This document shows, piece by piece, positions 34,901 through 49,420 of a stretch of 64,000 nucleotides of DNA. Numbering within the stretch: the stretch's first letter is position 1; the number at the start of each line of letters is the position of its first letter. The notes beneath the pieces are model-generated. The model saw nothing but the letters and a program-made list of their open reading frames with translations, searched no databases and was not told where the DNA came from. The stretch comes from the human T2T-CHM13v2.0 reference genome, Homo sapiens: NCBI RefSeq assembly GCF_009914755.1, contig NC_060926.1; one strand, written 5' to 3'. The translations under genes were made by a program, and so were the position numbers.

Positions 34901-37900
34901 TATTTATGAAGGAGCTTGAAATTTATGCCCTTCATATTGAATTATCTAATGTTTATATTTTGTTGTTGCATTTTCAGTTCCATATAATAGAGACTATGTT
35001 TTGTGTTCACTATACCCACGGGGCCTATCTCTGTGCCTGGTACATAGAAGGAGCTTAAGTGATTGTGTGCTATTAAACTTTTGGCTCTTTAGTTAAGCTT
35101 TTAATAATTTTTAGAGCAGTTAATTGGTGATTTTTGCCCCTTTCATGGCATTTATTTGGGGTAGGCATTATTTTCTTGGGAATGTAACCAGTCTTGCCGT
35201 ATTTTGAGTATTGTCTTCCTTTGCCAGGCTTTTACAGTAAGGAAATATAATGCAGACCAGAAAGGCTTTGTTGAGAGCCCTGAAGAAAATAATACTGATT
35301 GGGATTACTAACAGGAAGATGAAAAACTACCATTTAAAAAATAATGAAATACTTTATTTTACAATCTGCCAGAGAGTATAGGCATAAAGAAAACCATAAT
35401 TACATGGCAATTAATATTGAGGAAAAATTAAGGTGGTTTACTAAGGGGCCTTTATTTCACTTTCAAAATTTACTTCTATAAAAGGTCAAAGAGTGCCCAG
35501 CTTTTGTGAAGACCCATTTAGTTTTATGACTTTCAGAAACAAACACTGTGAAAATAAAGATAATAATGAGGCTTATAAAATTTCATGCTTTAGTGTTTAG
35601 GTAATTGCTTGTTAAATTAAGAAGGTATTTTTTTCTGGACGTGAATATACCCCTTTCTTTTTTGGTTAGGATATAATGAAAGTTTTTCTCTAATCTGGTT
35701 GAATTCCATTTTGGCCATCCAACAGTTATTCCAATATAAAATTTAGTGGGTTAAATAAATTCATTTATAACCAATTGAAGATAATGGAATATTTGCTAAT
35801 TATGTAACTACTATTATCAGAAATTACTTTGATTCAATTTTTTCATGTGAGAAAAATATATGACAAAGATAGCCTACTTCGATGCAGGTAAACAAGAAAA
35901 TGTTTATATGCTTTACTTTGCCAAATTATAACAAGATAATCCAATAAACTCATTATTAAATGATCATTCAAAAATACTTAAAACTGTTCAGTTAATAAAA
36001 TTATTTTACCATGGATATTCACTTCAAAATATTTTTGAGCATACTATTAAATAATATTCATATCATATTGAAAATGGAGTTTTGGGGCAATAATTTTATA
36101 GTTCGATAAGAATATCTGTACCTTAATATTGCATAATTGAATTGTAGACTTTGATATGCTGGTTTCCTGAAATGGAGAAGTTAAATAATCATTGTACCAT
36201 TTTATTAAGACAAAGCATGTGCAAATTGTTTTCTTTATGATGTACACATTTAAATAGAATGTTCCACTGAGTAACTCTTAACAGCGTTGTACTTGAAACA
36301 ATGTCTGTTTGCTGTGTTTTTTTTTTTTAACACAAAGATGCTCTACTAATGTGATGAGGAAATATTATATAGTTTAAAATATTAGCTGCTTATATGAATA
36401 TTTTAAACTTTATTCTTTAGTACAACTTTTATTTTCCATTTATTAAGCAGATGGGCAGCAGGAAGGTCATAATAGGAGAAGCACCACCATGAAATGAATT
36501 TAAATTGTTCTACTGAATAGACTTCATTGTGCAAACAGAAAGAAAGTCCCTGAAAACCAATTTAATGGTCAGAAAAACTTTAAGGTCTAATACTTCAGTC
36601 AATTCCTATGCTTTGTTTCCTGGGACGAGCACAAATAGGCTTCTAATGTATATTTAAAAAGTGAATTGATGCAATGCTGCACATTTATGGTTCTGCTTAA
36701 GAAATTTTGCAGCGTTATTTCTTAAAGTATTTTTAACATGTTGTGGGTTTACATTTCACATAAGATAAAAATAAGCTCATTTATGTAATTCAAGTGACTG
36801 AAATTAAGACAATTTAGTATACTCAAAATAGACGTTCACAAAATTTTAAATTCATTTTTTAAAAGATACACAGTGTTACTAATATTCACATATCCTAATA
36901 TTTTTGGTTGATTAGAAGATATTTACTTACTGGCACACTCCTTATTGTAGGAAGATAAATTTAGCGCTTAGAAGAATTGTGTGTGTCTGTTTTACTATAC
37001 TGAATAGCAGTATTATGAAATGATGATGATGATTATGAGTACAGAAACATTTATTGAGTAATTTAGTATTTGCTATGTGCAAGACTATGTAAGCCACTTT
37101 ACTAAAATATTTAATTGAATACGCTTTGAAGCTCATTATATGTCCATTTTGGAGGTGCTAAATTTGATATTTACAGAGGTTATATAGCTTGACAAGGTCA
37201 CATTGCAATGAAGAATTTCCTATATTGAATATGATATTATTATCATATTAGCATTACTCCAATGAAGTAACCATATCTGTTAGCTGATTATAAAGACATA
37301 ATACTGGATTTTTATCTATGGTTCTAAAACAAATATAGTATTATTTTTTAGATAAACTCATTCAACTTGACATGCTTTAGAGCTAACTTGTTTTGATAGC
37401 CCGCTCAGGATATTCTGTACAACTTTTTTTTAAAAATACAGGGTTAAAATGAATGTTCTAAGATCTTATTCATTATTCTTTTTGCAAATTATTTGAAGAG
37501 ATTCATTGATCCTTTTTCAAAACAATTTATCTCTTCTACACACAGCCTTTCTCTATACTTCTAATTGAAAATGGAATCATTTTCTAAATGAGAATTCAAG
37601 TGAGGTTCTTGTGCTTTCACAATAAAGTATCAACTCAATCATTTACTTATTTTCCATTCACTTTACTTAAATTCTCTCCTCCTCTTCACTTAGTACTCAG
37701 TAAGGATGATGCCAAACAGTCTGCCATCTCAGGGAGATGGCAGAGAGTTTCTCTCTTTTTAGTCCATATTCACTAGGGAGGTCTTGTGTACCTGAGCCTT
37801 AGGAATGAGGACTTTTCCTGTCTCTTTGTCCATCCTCTGTGTTATGGCCAAACTCTGCCTTCTATCTGTAGTTGGTCTTTGTAGGAGTTTCATACTGCTA

Positions 37901-37963
37901 CCTCAGGAGTAGGATACTTCTACTTGCTGTGATGGAATATTAAGGCCTAAGATGGTTACCTGT

Positions 37964-40231
37964 TGATTGGTTTGGCTGTGTCCCCACCCAAATCTCATCT
38001 TGAATTCCCACGTGTTGAGGGAGGGACCTGGTGGGAGGTAATTGAATCATGGGGGCAGGTCTTTCCAATGCTGTTCTCCTGATAGGGAATAATAAGTCTC
38101 ACGAGATCTGATGGTTTTAGAAAGGGGAGTTTCCCTGCACAAGCTCTCCTTTTTTTTGCCTGCCACCATCCATGTAAGATGTGGCTTGCTCTTTTTGTCT
38201 TGCACCATGATAGTGAGGCCTCCCCAGCCAAGTGGAACTGTAAGTCCATTAAACCTCTTTTTCTTCCCAGTCTCAGGTATGTCTTTATCAGCAGTGTGAA
38301 AATGGATTAATACAGTAAATTGGTACCAGTATAGTGGGCATTGCTGAAAAGATACCAGAAAATGTGAAAGTGACTTTAGAACTGGGTAACAGGCAGAGGT
38401 TGGAACAGTTTGGAGGGCTCAGAAGCAGACAGGAAAATTTGGGAAAGTTTGGACCTCCCTAGAGACTTGTTGAATGGCGTTGCCCAAAGTGCTGATAATG
38501 ATATGGACAAAGAAATCCAGGCTGAGATGATCTCAGATGGAGATGAGGAACTTGTTGGGAACTGGAGCAAAGGTGACTCTTGTTATGTTTTAGCAAAGAG
38601 ACTGGTGATATTTTGCCCCTGTCCTAGAGATTTGTGGAACTTTGCACTTGAGAGAGATGATTTAGGTTATTATCTGATGGAAGAAATTGCTAAGCATCAA
38701 AGCGTTCAAGAGGTGACTTGGGTGCTGTTAAAGGCATTCAGTTTCAAAAGGGAAACAGAGCATAAAAGTTTGGAAAATTTGCAGCTTGATGATGTGGTAG
38801 AGAAGGAAATCCCATTTTCTGGGGAGAAATTCAAGCCAGCTGCAGAAATTTGCATAAGTAATGAGGAGCTGAATGTTAATCACCAAGACAATGGGGAAAA
38901 TGTCTCCAGGGCATGTCAGAGACCTTTGCGACAACCCCTGCCATCACAAGCCCAGAGGCTTAGGAGGAAAAAATAGTTCTATGGGCTGGGCCTAGGGTCC
39001 CTCTGCTGTGTGCATTCTAGGGACTTGGTGCCTTGCATCTCAGCTACTCCAGCCATGACTAAAAGGGGCCAAGGTACAGCTCAGGCTGTTGCTTCAGAGG
39101 ATCGAAACCCAAAGCCTTGGCAGCTTCCATGTGATGTTGAGCCTGCAGGTGCATGGAAGTCAAGAATTGAGGTGTGTGGCCTCTGCCTAGATTTTAAAAG
39201 ATGTATGGAAACGCCTGGATGCCCAGGCAGAAGTTTGCGGCAGGGGTGGGGCTCTCATGGAGAACCTCTGCTAAGGCAGTGCGGAAGGGAAATATGGGGT
39301 GGGAGCCCCCACACAGAGTCCCTACTGGAGCATTGCCTAGTGGAGCTGTGAGAAGAGGGCCACTATCCGTTATACCCCAGAATGATGGATCCACCGACAG
39401 CTTGCACTGTGCACCTGGAAAAGCCACAGACACTAAACACCAGCCCATGAAAGCACCCAGGAGGGAGGGTGTACCTTGTAAAGCCACAGGGGTGGAGCTT
39501 CCCAAGACCACAGGAGCCTACCTCTTGTATCAGCGTGACCTGGATGTGAGACATGGAGTCAAAGGAGATCATTTTGGAGCTTTAAGATTTGACTACCCTG
39601 CTGGATTTTGCACTTGCATGGGGCTTGTAGTCCCTTTGTTTGGGCCAATTTCTCCCATTTGGAATGGCTGTATTTACCCAATGCCTGTAGCCCCGTTGTA
39701 TCTAGGAAGTAACTAACTTGCTTTTGATTTTACAGGCTCATAGGTGGAAGGGACTTGCTTTGTCTCAGATAAGACTTTGGACTGTGGACTTTTGAGTTAA
39801 TGCTGAAAAGAGTTAAGATTTTGGGGGACTGTTGGGAAGGCATTATTGTGTTTTGCAATGTAAAACATGAGATTTGAGAGGGGCCAGGTGTGCAATATGG
39901 TTGGCCCACCCAAATCTCATCTTGAATTCCCATGTGTTGTGGGAGGGACCCAGTGGGAGGTAATTGAATCATGGGGGCAGGTCTTTCTCGTGCTGTTCTT
40001 GTGACAGCAAATAATCCTCATGAGATTTGATGGTTTTAAAAAGGGGAGTTTACCTGCACAAGCTCACTTTTTTTTGCCTGCTGCCATCCATGTAAGATGT
40101 GTTTGCTCCTCCTTGCCTTCCTCCATGATTGTGAGGCCTCCCCTGCCATGTGGAACTGTTAAGTCCATTAAACCTCTTTTTCTTCCCAGTCTCAAGTATG
40201 TCTATGCACAGTGTGAAAATGGACTAATACA
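37964..40231 (+). mobile_element. Full-length THE1B-like MaLR provirus (LTR 37964-38314, internal, LTR ~39893-40231)
   Basis: Both LTRs contain cccacccaaatctcatcttgaattccca...ctaataca. Internal starts gtaaattggtacc and carries MaLR ORF remnants (38410-38976, 39201-39716). 5-bp TSD cctgt/cctct. Confidence 0.92.
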
Positions 40232-40369
40232 CCTCTCCATCTATCAGGGGTAGAGAGTTTTTCTTTTACTTTTCCTTCACCTGCAAAGTATCTTTGCCTG
40301 TGCCTGTGTGTTGCCCTTTCCCCAGGGGCCTCAGAAGTAGGCACTGGTTTGTGCCTTTTCTGCAGCATG

Positions 40370-43300
40370 CCTGGGTCCTGAGGCCCCCATTCCAGGCCTG
40401 AGCTCCCACATAACATTTCTAGACACTTTCTGGGCTAAAAGGGACCCCACTGCCTTGAAGGGAAGAACCTGATCTTGGCAGGATTTACCGTCATAAGAAT
40501 GTCATTATTTAATGATAGAGCAGTCAGTTCAGCAAGAGGATATAACAATTGTAAATATATATGCACCCAACACTGGAGCACCCAGATATATAAAGCAAAT
40601 ATTATTAGAGCTAAAGAGAGGGAGAGATCGCAATACAGTAATAGCTGGAGTCTTCAACATCCCATTTTCAGTATTGGACAGGTATTCCAGACAGAAAATC
40701 AACAAACATCAGACTTAATCTGCACCATAGAACAAATGGACTTGATAGATATTTCCATTCTCAATGATAGACTATATGTTAGGTTACAGAACAAGTTTTA
40801 AAACATTCAAAAATTGAAATAATATCAAACATCTTCTCTGACCACGATGGAATAAAACTATAAATCAACAAGAAGAGGAATTTTGGAAACCATATGAACA
40901 TGTAGAAATTTAACAGTATGCTCCTGAATGACCAGTGGATCAGTGAAGGAATTAAGAAGAAAACTGAAAAATTTCTTGGAACAAATGATAGTGGAAACAC
41001 AACATACCATAATCTATGGGATACAGTGAAAGCAGTACTAAGAGGGGAATTTATAGGCACTTACATAAGTGCCTTTTTCTTCAAAAAAGAAGAAAAACTT
41101 CAAATAAATTACCTAATGATTCATCTTAAAAAGCTAGCAAAGCAAGAGCAAACCTAACCCAAGATTAGTATAAAAAATAAATAAAAAGGAACAGAATAGA
41201 AATAAATGAATTTGAAATGAAGAAAGCAATACAAAAGTCAAGGAAACAAAAAATGTTATTCTTTTGAAAAGATAAACAAAATCAACAAGTCCTTAGGCAG
41301 ATTAAAGCACAAAAAAGGAAAAGACCCAAATAAGTAAAATCAGATGGAAAAGGAAACATTACAACTGGGATTGCAGAATTTCAAAGGATCATCAGTAGCT
41401 ACTATGACCAACTACGTGCCAATAAATTGGAAAATCTAGGGGAAATGGATAAATTCCTAGTTAGATACAAGCTACCAGAATTAAACCATGAAGAAATACA
41501 AAATATGAATAGACCAATAACAATAAACAAGATTGAAGCTGTAATATGAAGTCTCCCAGTAAAGAAAATAACAGGACCTGATGGCTTCACTGCTTAATCG
41601 TGCCAAGCATTTAAAGAACTAACACCAGTGTTACTCAAACAATTCCGAAAAATACAGGAAGAGGGAATCTTTTCCAAACTCATTTACAAGACCCATATTA
41701 CCCTGATACCCAAACCAAAGACACATCTAAAAATAAAACCACAGGCCAGTATCTCTGATGTTGATTCAAAAATCAACAAAAATACCAGCCAGCGGAATTC
41801 AACAATATATTAAAAAGATAATTCATCATGACCAAGTGGGAATTATTCCAGGGATGCAAGGATGATTCAACATATGCAAGTTAATCAGTGTGATACATTA
41901 CATCAAAAGAATGAACAACAAAAACCATATGTTCATTTCAATTCATGCTGAGAAAAATTTAATACAATTCAACATCCCTTTATGATAAAAACTCTCAAAA
42001 AATTTGGTATGGAAGGAACATACCTGAACACAATAAACACTATATTTGTCATGCCACCGTGTCATACTGAATAGGGAAAACTTAAAATCCTTTCCTCTAA
42101 GATCTGAAACATGAAAAGGATGCCCATTGTCACCACTATTATTCAATGTAGTAGTGGAAGTCCAAGCAATCAGACAAGAGAAGGAAATAAATGGCATATA
42201 ATTGGAAAGGAAAAAGTCAAATTATCCTTGTTTGCAGATGATATGATCTTATATTTGGAAAAACCTAAAGTATCCACCAAAAAAATGATGAGAACTGATA
42301 AATTCAGCAAGGTTTCAAGGTACAACATCAACATACAAAAATCAGTAGCATTTCTGTATACTAACAGTGAATAATCTGAAAAAGAAATTAGAAAGTAATC
42401 CAACTTACAATAGCCATGGATAAAATTAGATAGGAAGTAACAAGCAAATAAATGAAATATCTCTACAATGAAAACTATAAAACACTGATGAAAGAAATTG
42501 AAGAGGACACAGCAACATGGAAAGACATTACATGTTTATGGGTTCTAAGAATCAATATTGTTAAAATGTCCATACTACCCTAAGCAACCTACAAATTCAG
42601 TGTGACCCCTATCAAAATACCCATGAGATTCTTCACAGAAATAGAAAATACAATCCTAAAATTTATGTAGAATCACAAAAGATCCAGAATAGGCAAAGCT
42701 ATCCTAAGCAAAGAGAACAAAACCGGAGGAATCACATTACCTGACTTCAAATTATACTACAGAAATATAGTAACCAAAACAACATGGTACTGACATAAAA
42801 CCAAACACATAGACCAATGGAACAGAATAGAGAACCAGAAACAAAACCACATACCTACAGTGAACACATTTTTGACATAAGTGCCAAGAACATACACTGT
42901 GGAAAAGGCAGTCTCTTCAATAAATGGTGCTGGGAAAACTGGATATCTATATGAAGAAGAATCAAACTGGAATACTATGTCTCATCATGTGCAAAAATCA
43001 AATCAAAATGAAATTCCTAAGAGAAAACTAAAAGAAACTCTCAATGACATTGGTCTAGGCAGAAATTTCTTGAGTAATACCCTACAAGCACAGGCATCCA
43101 AAGAAAATAATGGACAAATGGCATCACATCAAGTTAAAAAGCTTCTGCATAGAAAAGGGAATAATCAACAAAGTGAAGAGACAAACCCATAGAATGGGAG
43201 AAAATATTTGCAAACGACTCATCTGATAAGATTAATAACCAGAATATATAAGAAACTCTATAGGAAAAAAGTCTAATACTCCAATTAAAAAAATGGACAA

Positions 43301-44260
43301 AAAATTTGAACAGACTTTTCTCTAAAGACATACAAATGGCAAACAGGTATATGAGAAGGTGTTCAACATCATTGATCATCAGGCAAATATCAGTCAAAAC
43401 TATGATGAGCTGTCATCTCACCCCAGTTAAAATGGCTTTTATCCAAAAGACAGGTAATAATGCTGGCGAGGATATGGAGAAAAGGGAACCCTTGTACGCT
43501 GTTGGTGGGATTGTAAATTAGTACAACCACTGTGAAGAACAGTTCGCAGTTCCTCAAAAATCTAAAAATAGATCTACCATATGATCCAGCAATCTTACTG
43601 CTGGGTGTATATACCCAAAAGAAAGGAAATCAGTATATCAAAGAGATATCTGCACTCCCATGTTTGTTGCAGCACTGTTCACAATAGCCAGGATTTGAAA
43701 GCAACCTAAGTGTCTATCAGCAGATGAATGGATAAAGGAAATGTAGTACATATATGTAATGGAGAACTGTTCAACCGTAAAAATGAATGAGATTCTGTCA
43801 TTTGCAACATGGTGGAACTGAAGGTCGTTATGTTAAGTGAAATAACCCAGGCATGGAAAGACAAATTTCACATGTTCTCATTTATCTGTGGAATCTAGAA
43901 ATCAAAACAATTGAACTAATGGAGATAGAGAGTAGAAGGATGGTTGCCAGAGACTGGGAAGGATAGTGTGTGTGTGTGGGTGAGCCAGGGATGGTTAATG
44001 GGTACAGAAAAAATTAGAATGAATAAGACCTAGTATTTGTTAGCACAATAGGGTCACTGTAGTCATAACTTAATTGTACATTTAAAAATAACCGAAAGTA
44101 AAATTCGATTTTTTGTAACAGGATAAATGCTTGAGGGGATGGATGCTCTATTTTCCATGATTATTACACATGCATGCCTGTTTCAAAATATCTCATATAC
44201 TCCATGAATATATACATCTACTATGTACCCACAAAAATTTTAAAAAGTAATAATTAAAAA
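40370..44260 (+). mobile_element. L1MA3/4-like element: 5' remnant, degenerate ORF2, 3'UTR
   Basis: EN fragment [25 protein letters not shown] fragment [16 protein letters not shown]1MA 3'UTR ending ctatgtacccacaaaaattttaaaaa. Confidence 0.88.
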
Positions 44261-45043
44261 TTATATTTTCATTTAGCAATATAGATAAATGGTTAAAACT
44301 AGAAGTTTGTAATATTTTGGAAGAGATGAAAGCATGCAAATAACAAGACAATTCAAAAAGGTTGTCACAAACATAATGAACTGTTCCCAAAGAATCTCAT
44401 AATGAACTTGAGAAAATTACATCCCTATCTACAATCTAAAAATTGGAAGATGGACATGTATTCCTATTTTAAATACAGGCTTTATTGTTGTTGAAATGCA
44501 AAACTGTCCTAAATTGCACTATCTTTTTTGTTAAAGTGAGTATATGTAACTGTTACACTAAAAAATACACTATATATATTTAAAGGAAAATAACCATTAA
44601 TTTTTGTTTTTACAACAGAGACATCTTGACCAGAAGCAATACAATAACAAATTAGAAAAGATAAAAAGCACTTCATTCAATATCAGTATCTATATTATTT
44701 CTCAATTTATGTTGTCAGCTTATGTTATTTGTCAAATTATATTCTTGATATACACAAATGGGTTAAAATCAGAAAAGAATAAATTGTTTATCTAATCATT
44801 CATATATTCCTCAGATGATTTTTCAAGACTGAATGTTCGAATCAATAATTTCTTGCACGTATAAGATTGTTGGCATGAAAATGAGGTTGAGGTTTAGGTG
44901 GAGAAAGTTCACCATGAGTATTGTGAGTCACCTGAACATTGTTTATTTACGTGTAATGAAAACTACAAAATTGGCAGTAAAATAACAGTAGAGGTCATTT
45001 TTAAAAAAATAGGGTGTGCTGGGAGGTGGGGAGAAAGAAACTT

Positions 45044-48000
45044 AGGGGGTGAGAGTAGCCAAGTTTACCAAATAGAAACAGCTCCACTCTGTGGCTCCCA
45101 CCAAGAAGGATGAAAACAGCCAGTGAATTCTGAATCTTCAGTTGAGGTACCAAGCTTTTCTCATTGGGACTGACTAGGTGGTTGGCGCAACCCAGGGAGA
45201 GCAAAGAAGAGCATCGAGGGCCCACCCAAGAGCTGTGTGGGCAAAGGAAGCTTTCTCCCCCAGCCAAAGGAGGCGGTGAGGGATTGTGCTACCCCTCCCT
45301 GAAAACCTTGCTTTTGTCATGGATCCTTGCAACCTGCGGATCAGGAGTTCCCCTTGCGAGCCCACGCCACCAGGGCCTTGGGTCCCAAGCACAGAACTGT
45401 AAAGACATGGCAGCTGCTTGGGTGGCTGGCCATTTCAGCAGGCACCAAGACACAGTATTTGCATACTCCAGCTCTGGGAACTCCCATGAGGCAGGATATC
45501 TGTCCACTCCTGTGGGAAGGGGGCTGAAGCCAGGGGGCCAAGTGGCCTCACTTCCACAGAACCCCACAAGCTAAAACACACTGGCTTGGAATCCCTGCCA
45601 GCCAACGCAGCAGGTCAGAGACTGCCTAAGAAGACTTAATTCCGAGGGCAGGAGGGTTGGCCACCATCACTGCGGCTCCAGTTGGCCATTGTCCCCTGCT
45701 GTAGGTGCCAGTGAGACTGGGTGGTCTGGACTAGGAGCAATTCCCCACAGCGCAGCACAGCAGCTGTGTCAGTTCATGGCTAGACTGCTTCCTTAAGTAG
45801 AACACTGATCCATTTTTTCTCACTGGGTGAGGCCTCTCTGTGGGAATTTCAGCATCCCTAGGCAGGAGTTTATGAACAGAACTTTGATATCCCTGAGAGG
45901 AGCCACTAGGAGGGGCAGCTACGGTATCATGGATCAGTGGTCTTTGTCTTTTCTGCCTGCTGGCTCTGGAGAGTCAGGGGAGCCCAGATGAGGGTGCAGC
46001 ACACCCGCTCCACCAAGGGGCAGCCAGACTGCTTATTTAAGCAGGTGCCTGATCCCACTCCTGCTGACTAGGTGAGACCTCCCAACAGGAGTCCACAGAT
46101 AACTCATATGGGAGAATTCCAACTGGCATCAGGTTGGTGCCCCTCTGGGACACAGCTTCCAGAGGAAGGAGCTGGCTTCCATCTGTGCTGGTCTGTAGCC
46201 TCTGCTGGTGATACCTCCAGGGGTGGGAGGGACCCAGGCAAATAGGGTCTAGAGTGGACCTCCAGCAAACTGCAACATCCCTGTAGAAGAGGGGGCCTGA
46301 CTGCTAAAAGAAAAACAGAAAACAACAACAACATCAATGAAAAGGACCCCACAAAAACCCATCCAAAGGTCAGCAACCTCAAAGATCAAAGGTAGATAAA
46401 CTCATGACGATGAGAAAGAATCAACACAAAAATCCTGAAAACTCAAAAAGCCAGAGTGCCTCTTCTCCTCCAAATGATTGCAACATGTCTCCAGCAAAGG
46501 CACAGAACTGGGCTGAGGCTGAGATGGATGAATTGACAGAAGTAGGCTTCAGAAGATGGGTAATAATGAACTTCACTGAGCTAAAGAATTATGTTCTAAC
46601 TCATTGCAAAGAAGCTAAGAACCATGATAAAACATTACAGGAGCTGTTTACCAACATAACTAGTATAGAGAGGAATATAAATTACCTGATCAAGCTGAGA
46701 AACACAACACGAGAACTTCACAATGCAATAACAAGCATCAATAGCCAAAGAGACGAAGCAGAAGAAAGGGTATCAGAGCTTGAAGACTATCTTGCTGAAA
46801 TAAGACAGGCAGACAAGAGTAGAGAAAAAAAGAATGAAAAGGAATGAAAAAAACCTCTGAGAACTGTGTGATTATGTTAAAAAACCAAACCTATGACTGA
46901 TAGGAGTATCTGAAAGAGACGGAGAGAATGGAACCAAGTTGGAAAACACACTTCAGGATATCATCCAGAATTTCCTCAACTAGCAAGACAGGCCAGTGTT
47001 CAAATTCAGGAAACCCAGACAACCCTAGTAAGATACTACATGAGAAGATCAAGCAAAAGACACATAATCATCAGATTCTCCAGGGCTGAAATAAAGGAAA
47101 AAATGTTAAGGGCAGCCAGAGAGAAAGTCCAGGTCACCTATAAAGGGAAGCCCATCAGACTAACAGTGGATCTCTGCAGAAACCCTACAAGCCAGAAGAT
47201 AGTGGGGGCCAATATTCGACACTCTTAAAAGAATTTCCAACCTAGAGTTTCATATCTGGTCAAACTCAGCTTCATAAGTGAAGGAGAAATAAAATCTTTT
47301 TCAGACAAGCAAATGCTGAGGGAATTCATCACCACCAGGCCTGCCTTGCAAGCACTCCTGAAGGAAGCACTAAATATGGAAGGGAAAAACCATTACCAGC
47401 CACTACAAAAACACACTGAAGTACACAGACCAGTGACAATATGAGGCAACTACGCAAACAAGTCTACAAAATAACCAGCTAGCATCATAGTGACAGGATC
47501 AAATTGATACATAAAATATTAACCTTAAATGTAAATGGACTAAATGCCCCAATTAAAAGATGCAGAGTGGCAAGCTGGATAGAGGCAAGATTCATTGGTG
47601 TGCTGTATTCAAGAGACCTATCTCACATGCAAAGACACACATAGACTTAATCCCATTACTGGGTATATACCCAAAGGAATATAAATCATTCTGTTACAAA
47701 GACACATGCATGTGTATGTTCATTGCAGCACTATTTACGATCACAAAGACATGGAATCAACCCAGATGCCCATCAATGATAGACTGGATAAAGAAAATGT
47801 GGCACATATACACCATGAAATACTATGCAGCCATAAAAAGGAATGGGACCATGTCCTTTGTAGCGACATGGATGGAGTTGGAAGCCATTATCCTCAGCAA
47901 ACTAATGCAGTAACAGAAAACCAAACACTGCATGTTCTCACTTATAAGTGGGAGCTGAACAATCAAAACACATGGACACAGGAAAGGGAACCACACACAC

Positions 48001-48195
48001 TGGCGCCTGTCAGGGGGTGGAGTATGTGGTTGGGGGAGGTGGAGCATTAGGAAAAATAGCGAACGTATGCTGCGCTTAATAGCTAGGTGATGGGTTGATA
48101 GGTGCAGTAAACCACCGTGGCACATGTTTACCTATGTAACAAACCTTCACAACTTGCACCTGTGCCCCAGAACTTAAAAAAAAAAAAAGAAAAGA
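45044..48195 (+). mobile_element. L1PA8A-11-like element with intact ends and large internal ORF2 deletion
   Basis: GC-rich 5'UTR, ORF1 remnant (46404-46847, MRKNQHKNPENSKSQ...), ORF2 start ~47490, jump to the ORF2 C-terminus at ~47648, 3'UTR and tail; TSD agaaagaaactt at 45032-45043 and 48196-48207. Confidence 0.9.
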
Positions 48196-49312
48196 AGAAA
48201 GAAACTTGGAAGAATGGATCAGAGACCTTGCACCATATGCCTCATGTAATTTGATCTTCATCAAGAAGTCGTTAATCAACATATGCTTCACTGAGAGCCT
48301 TACTTTATCTCATAAACATCTTTGGTAGCATCCCATACGCTGATCCTCAGTGATTGACTTCTGACACCGCTTAAAGCAGAAATCTGTTCGTGTGCATTTA
48401 TTTTATGTGAATCAAAATTTTGAAATAATTGTGACCCAGAGAAGTAGATTTCTTCTGTTTCAATCCTAATATGAGGTATCAGTCCATTTTTCAGAATGGA
48501 AATGTGACAGTGTCAATGCTGTAGCACTTTGTCAGTTATCTGAGGCTGAGAACTACTTTTTCATTATAAATTATATTTCACATTATTGTATTGAAACTAA
48601 TATATTATGGAGGTAAGTGAAACATTCTCATTAAATGTTCACATAGAACCTGGGATTAGAAAGAATCCTTTAGCTTGCTTTATGCCAGAGGTTTGCAGAA
48701 GATATATCAAGTTGAAAAATTTTTCTGTATTACAGCACTGATATTGAAGACCATTCTCATCAAGCTATGAATTATGTAGTAATCAGATCCACTGATGATA
48801 TATATTTATTTTATACCATGAAATCTTGGTTTTCTAGAATTTATATGCTTTCTTTTCCCAATTATCAGAACTGAATAATCTAGTATATTCTCTTTAACTT
48901 TACATTCTAGGAAGTTCAGAGTTAAATTCCATAAAGTCTTTATTTTTAATAATTTTGAATTGTCATGTTTCATATATTTCAATTTTCCAAGCCAAAAAGG
49001 TTCTCTTTGGAAATAGATGGTTTATACTTTGGACATGTTCTGGCAGCATACCTTTAATTTTCATTTACTTAGATGAAATGTAGATGAATCATATTTTTGG
49101 AACTACAGGTTTTGCCCTTTCATCCTTCACCCCCATACCTAATATGACCTTATACAAATTATGTTTGATGAGAATCTTCGATGAGAATTATAGCAAAATA
49201 TTTGTTTTCCTATTATCTTTTGAATGGCACAATACTGGATTTGAACTCAAGACTAAATAATTTTTCGAAAAAGAATTAGCAGTGATTTATAAAGTTACTA
49301 TTTTTTTTTCAG

Positions 49313-49420
49313 CAAAGCTAGAGAAGATTTGCTGAAAATTCAGAAAGAACGTGATTTTCATCGAATGCATCATAAGCGAATAGTCCAGGAAAAAAACAAA
49401 TTAATTAATGACCTCAAAGG
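49313..49420 (+). CDS. SPAG16: SPAG16 coding exon 6 (108 nt), (D)KAREDLLKIQKERDFHRMHHKRIVQEKNKLINDLK(G)
   Basis: tttttttttcag|C acceptor; GG|gtaagc donor; phase 2-2; coiled-coil-like. Confidence 0.95.

Noticed and set aside
38410-39716. 188-aa and 171-aa ORFs as a novel gene
   Set aside because: They are standard THE1 internal-region frames between the two LTRs.
45164-46382. Cluster of overlapping ORFs and GC-rich sequence as a CpG-island promoter or gene
   Set aside because: This is the L1PA 5'UTR, and it is CpG-depleted.
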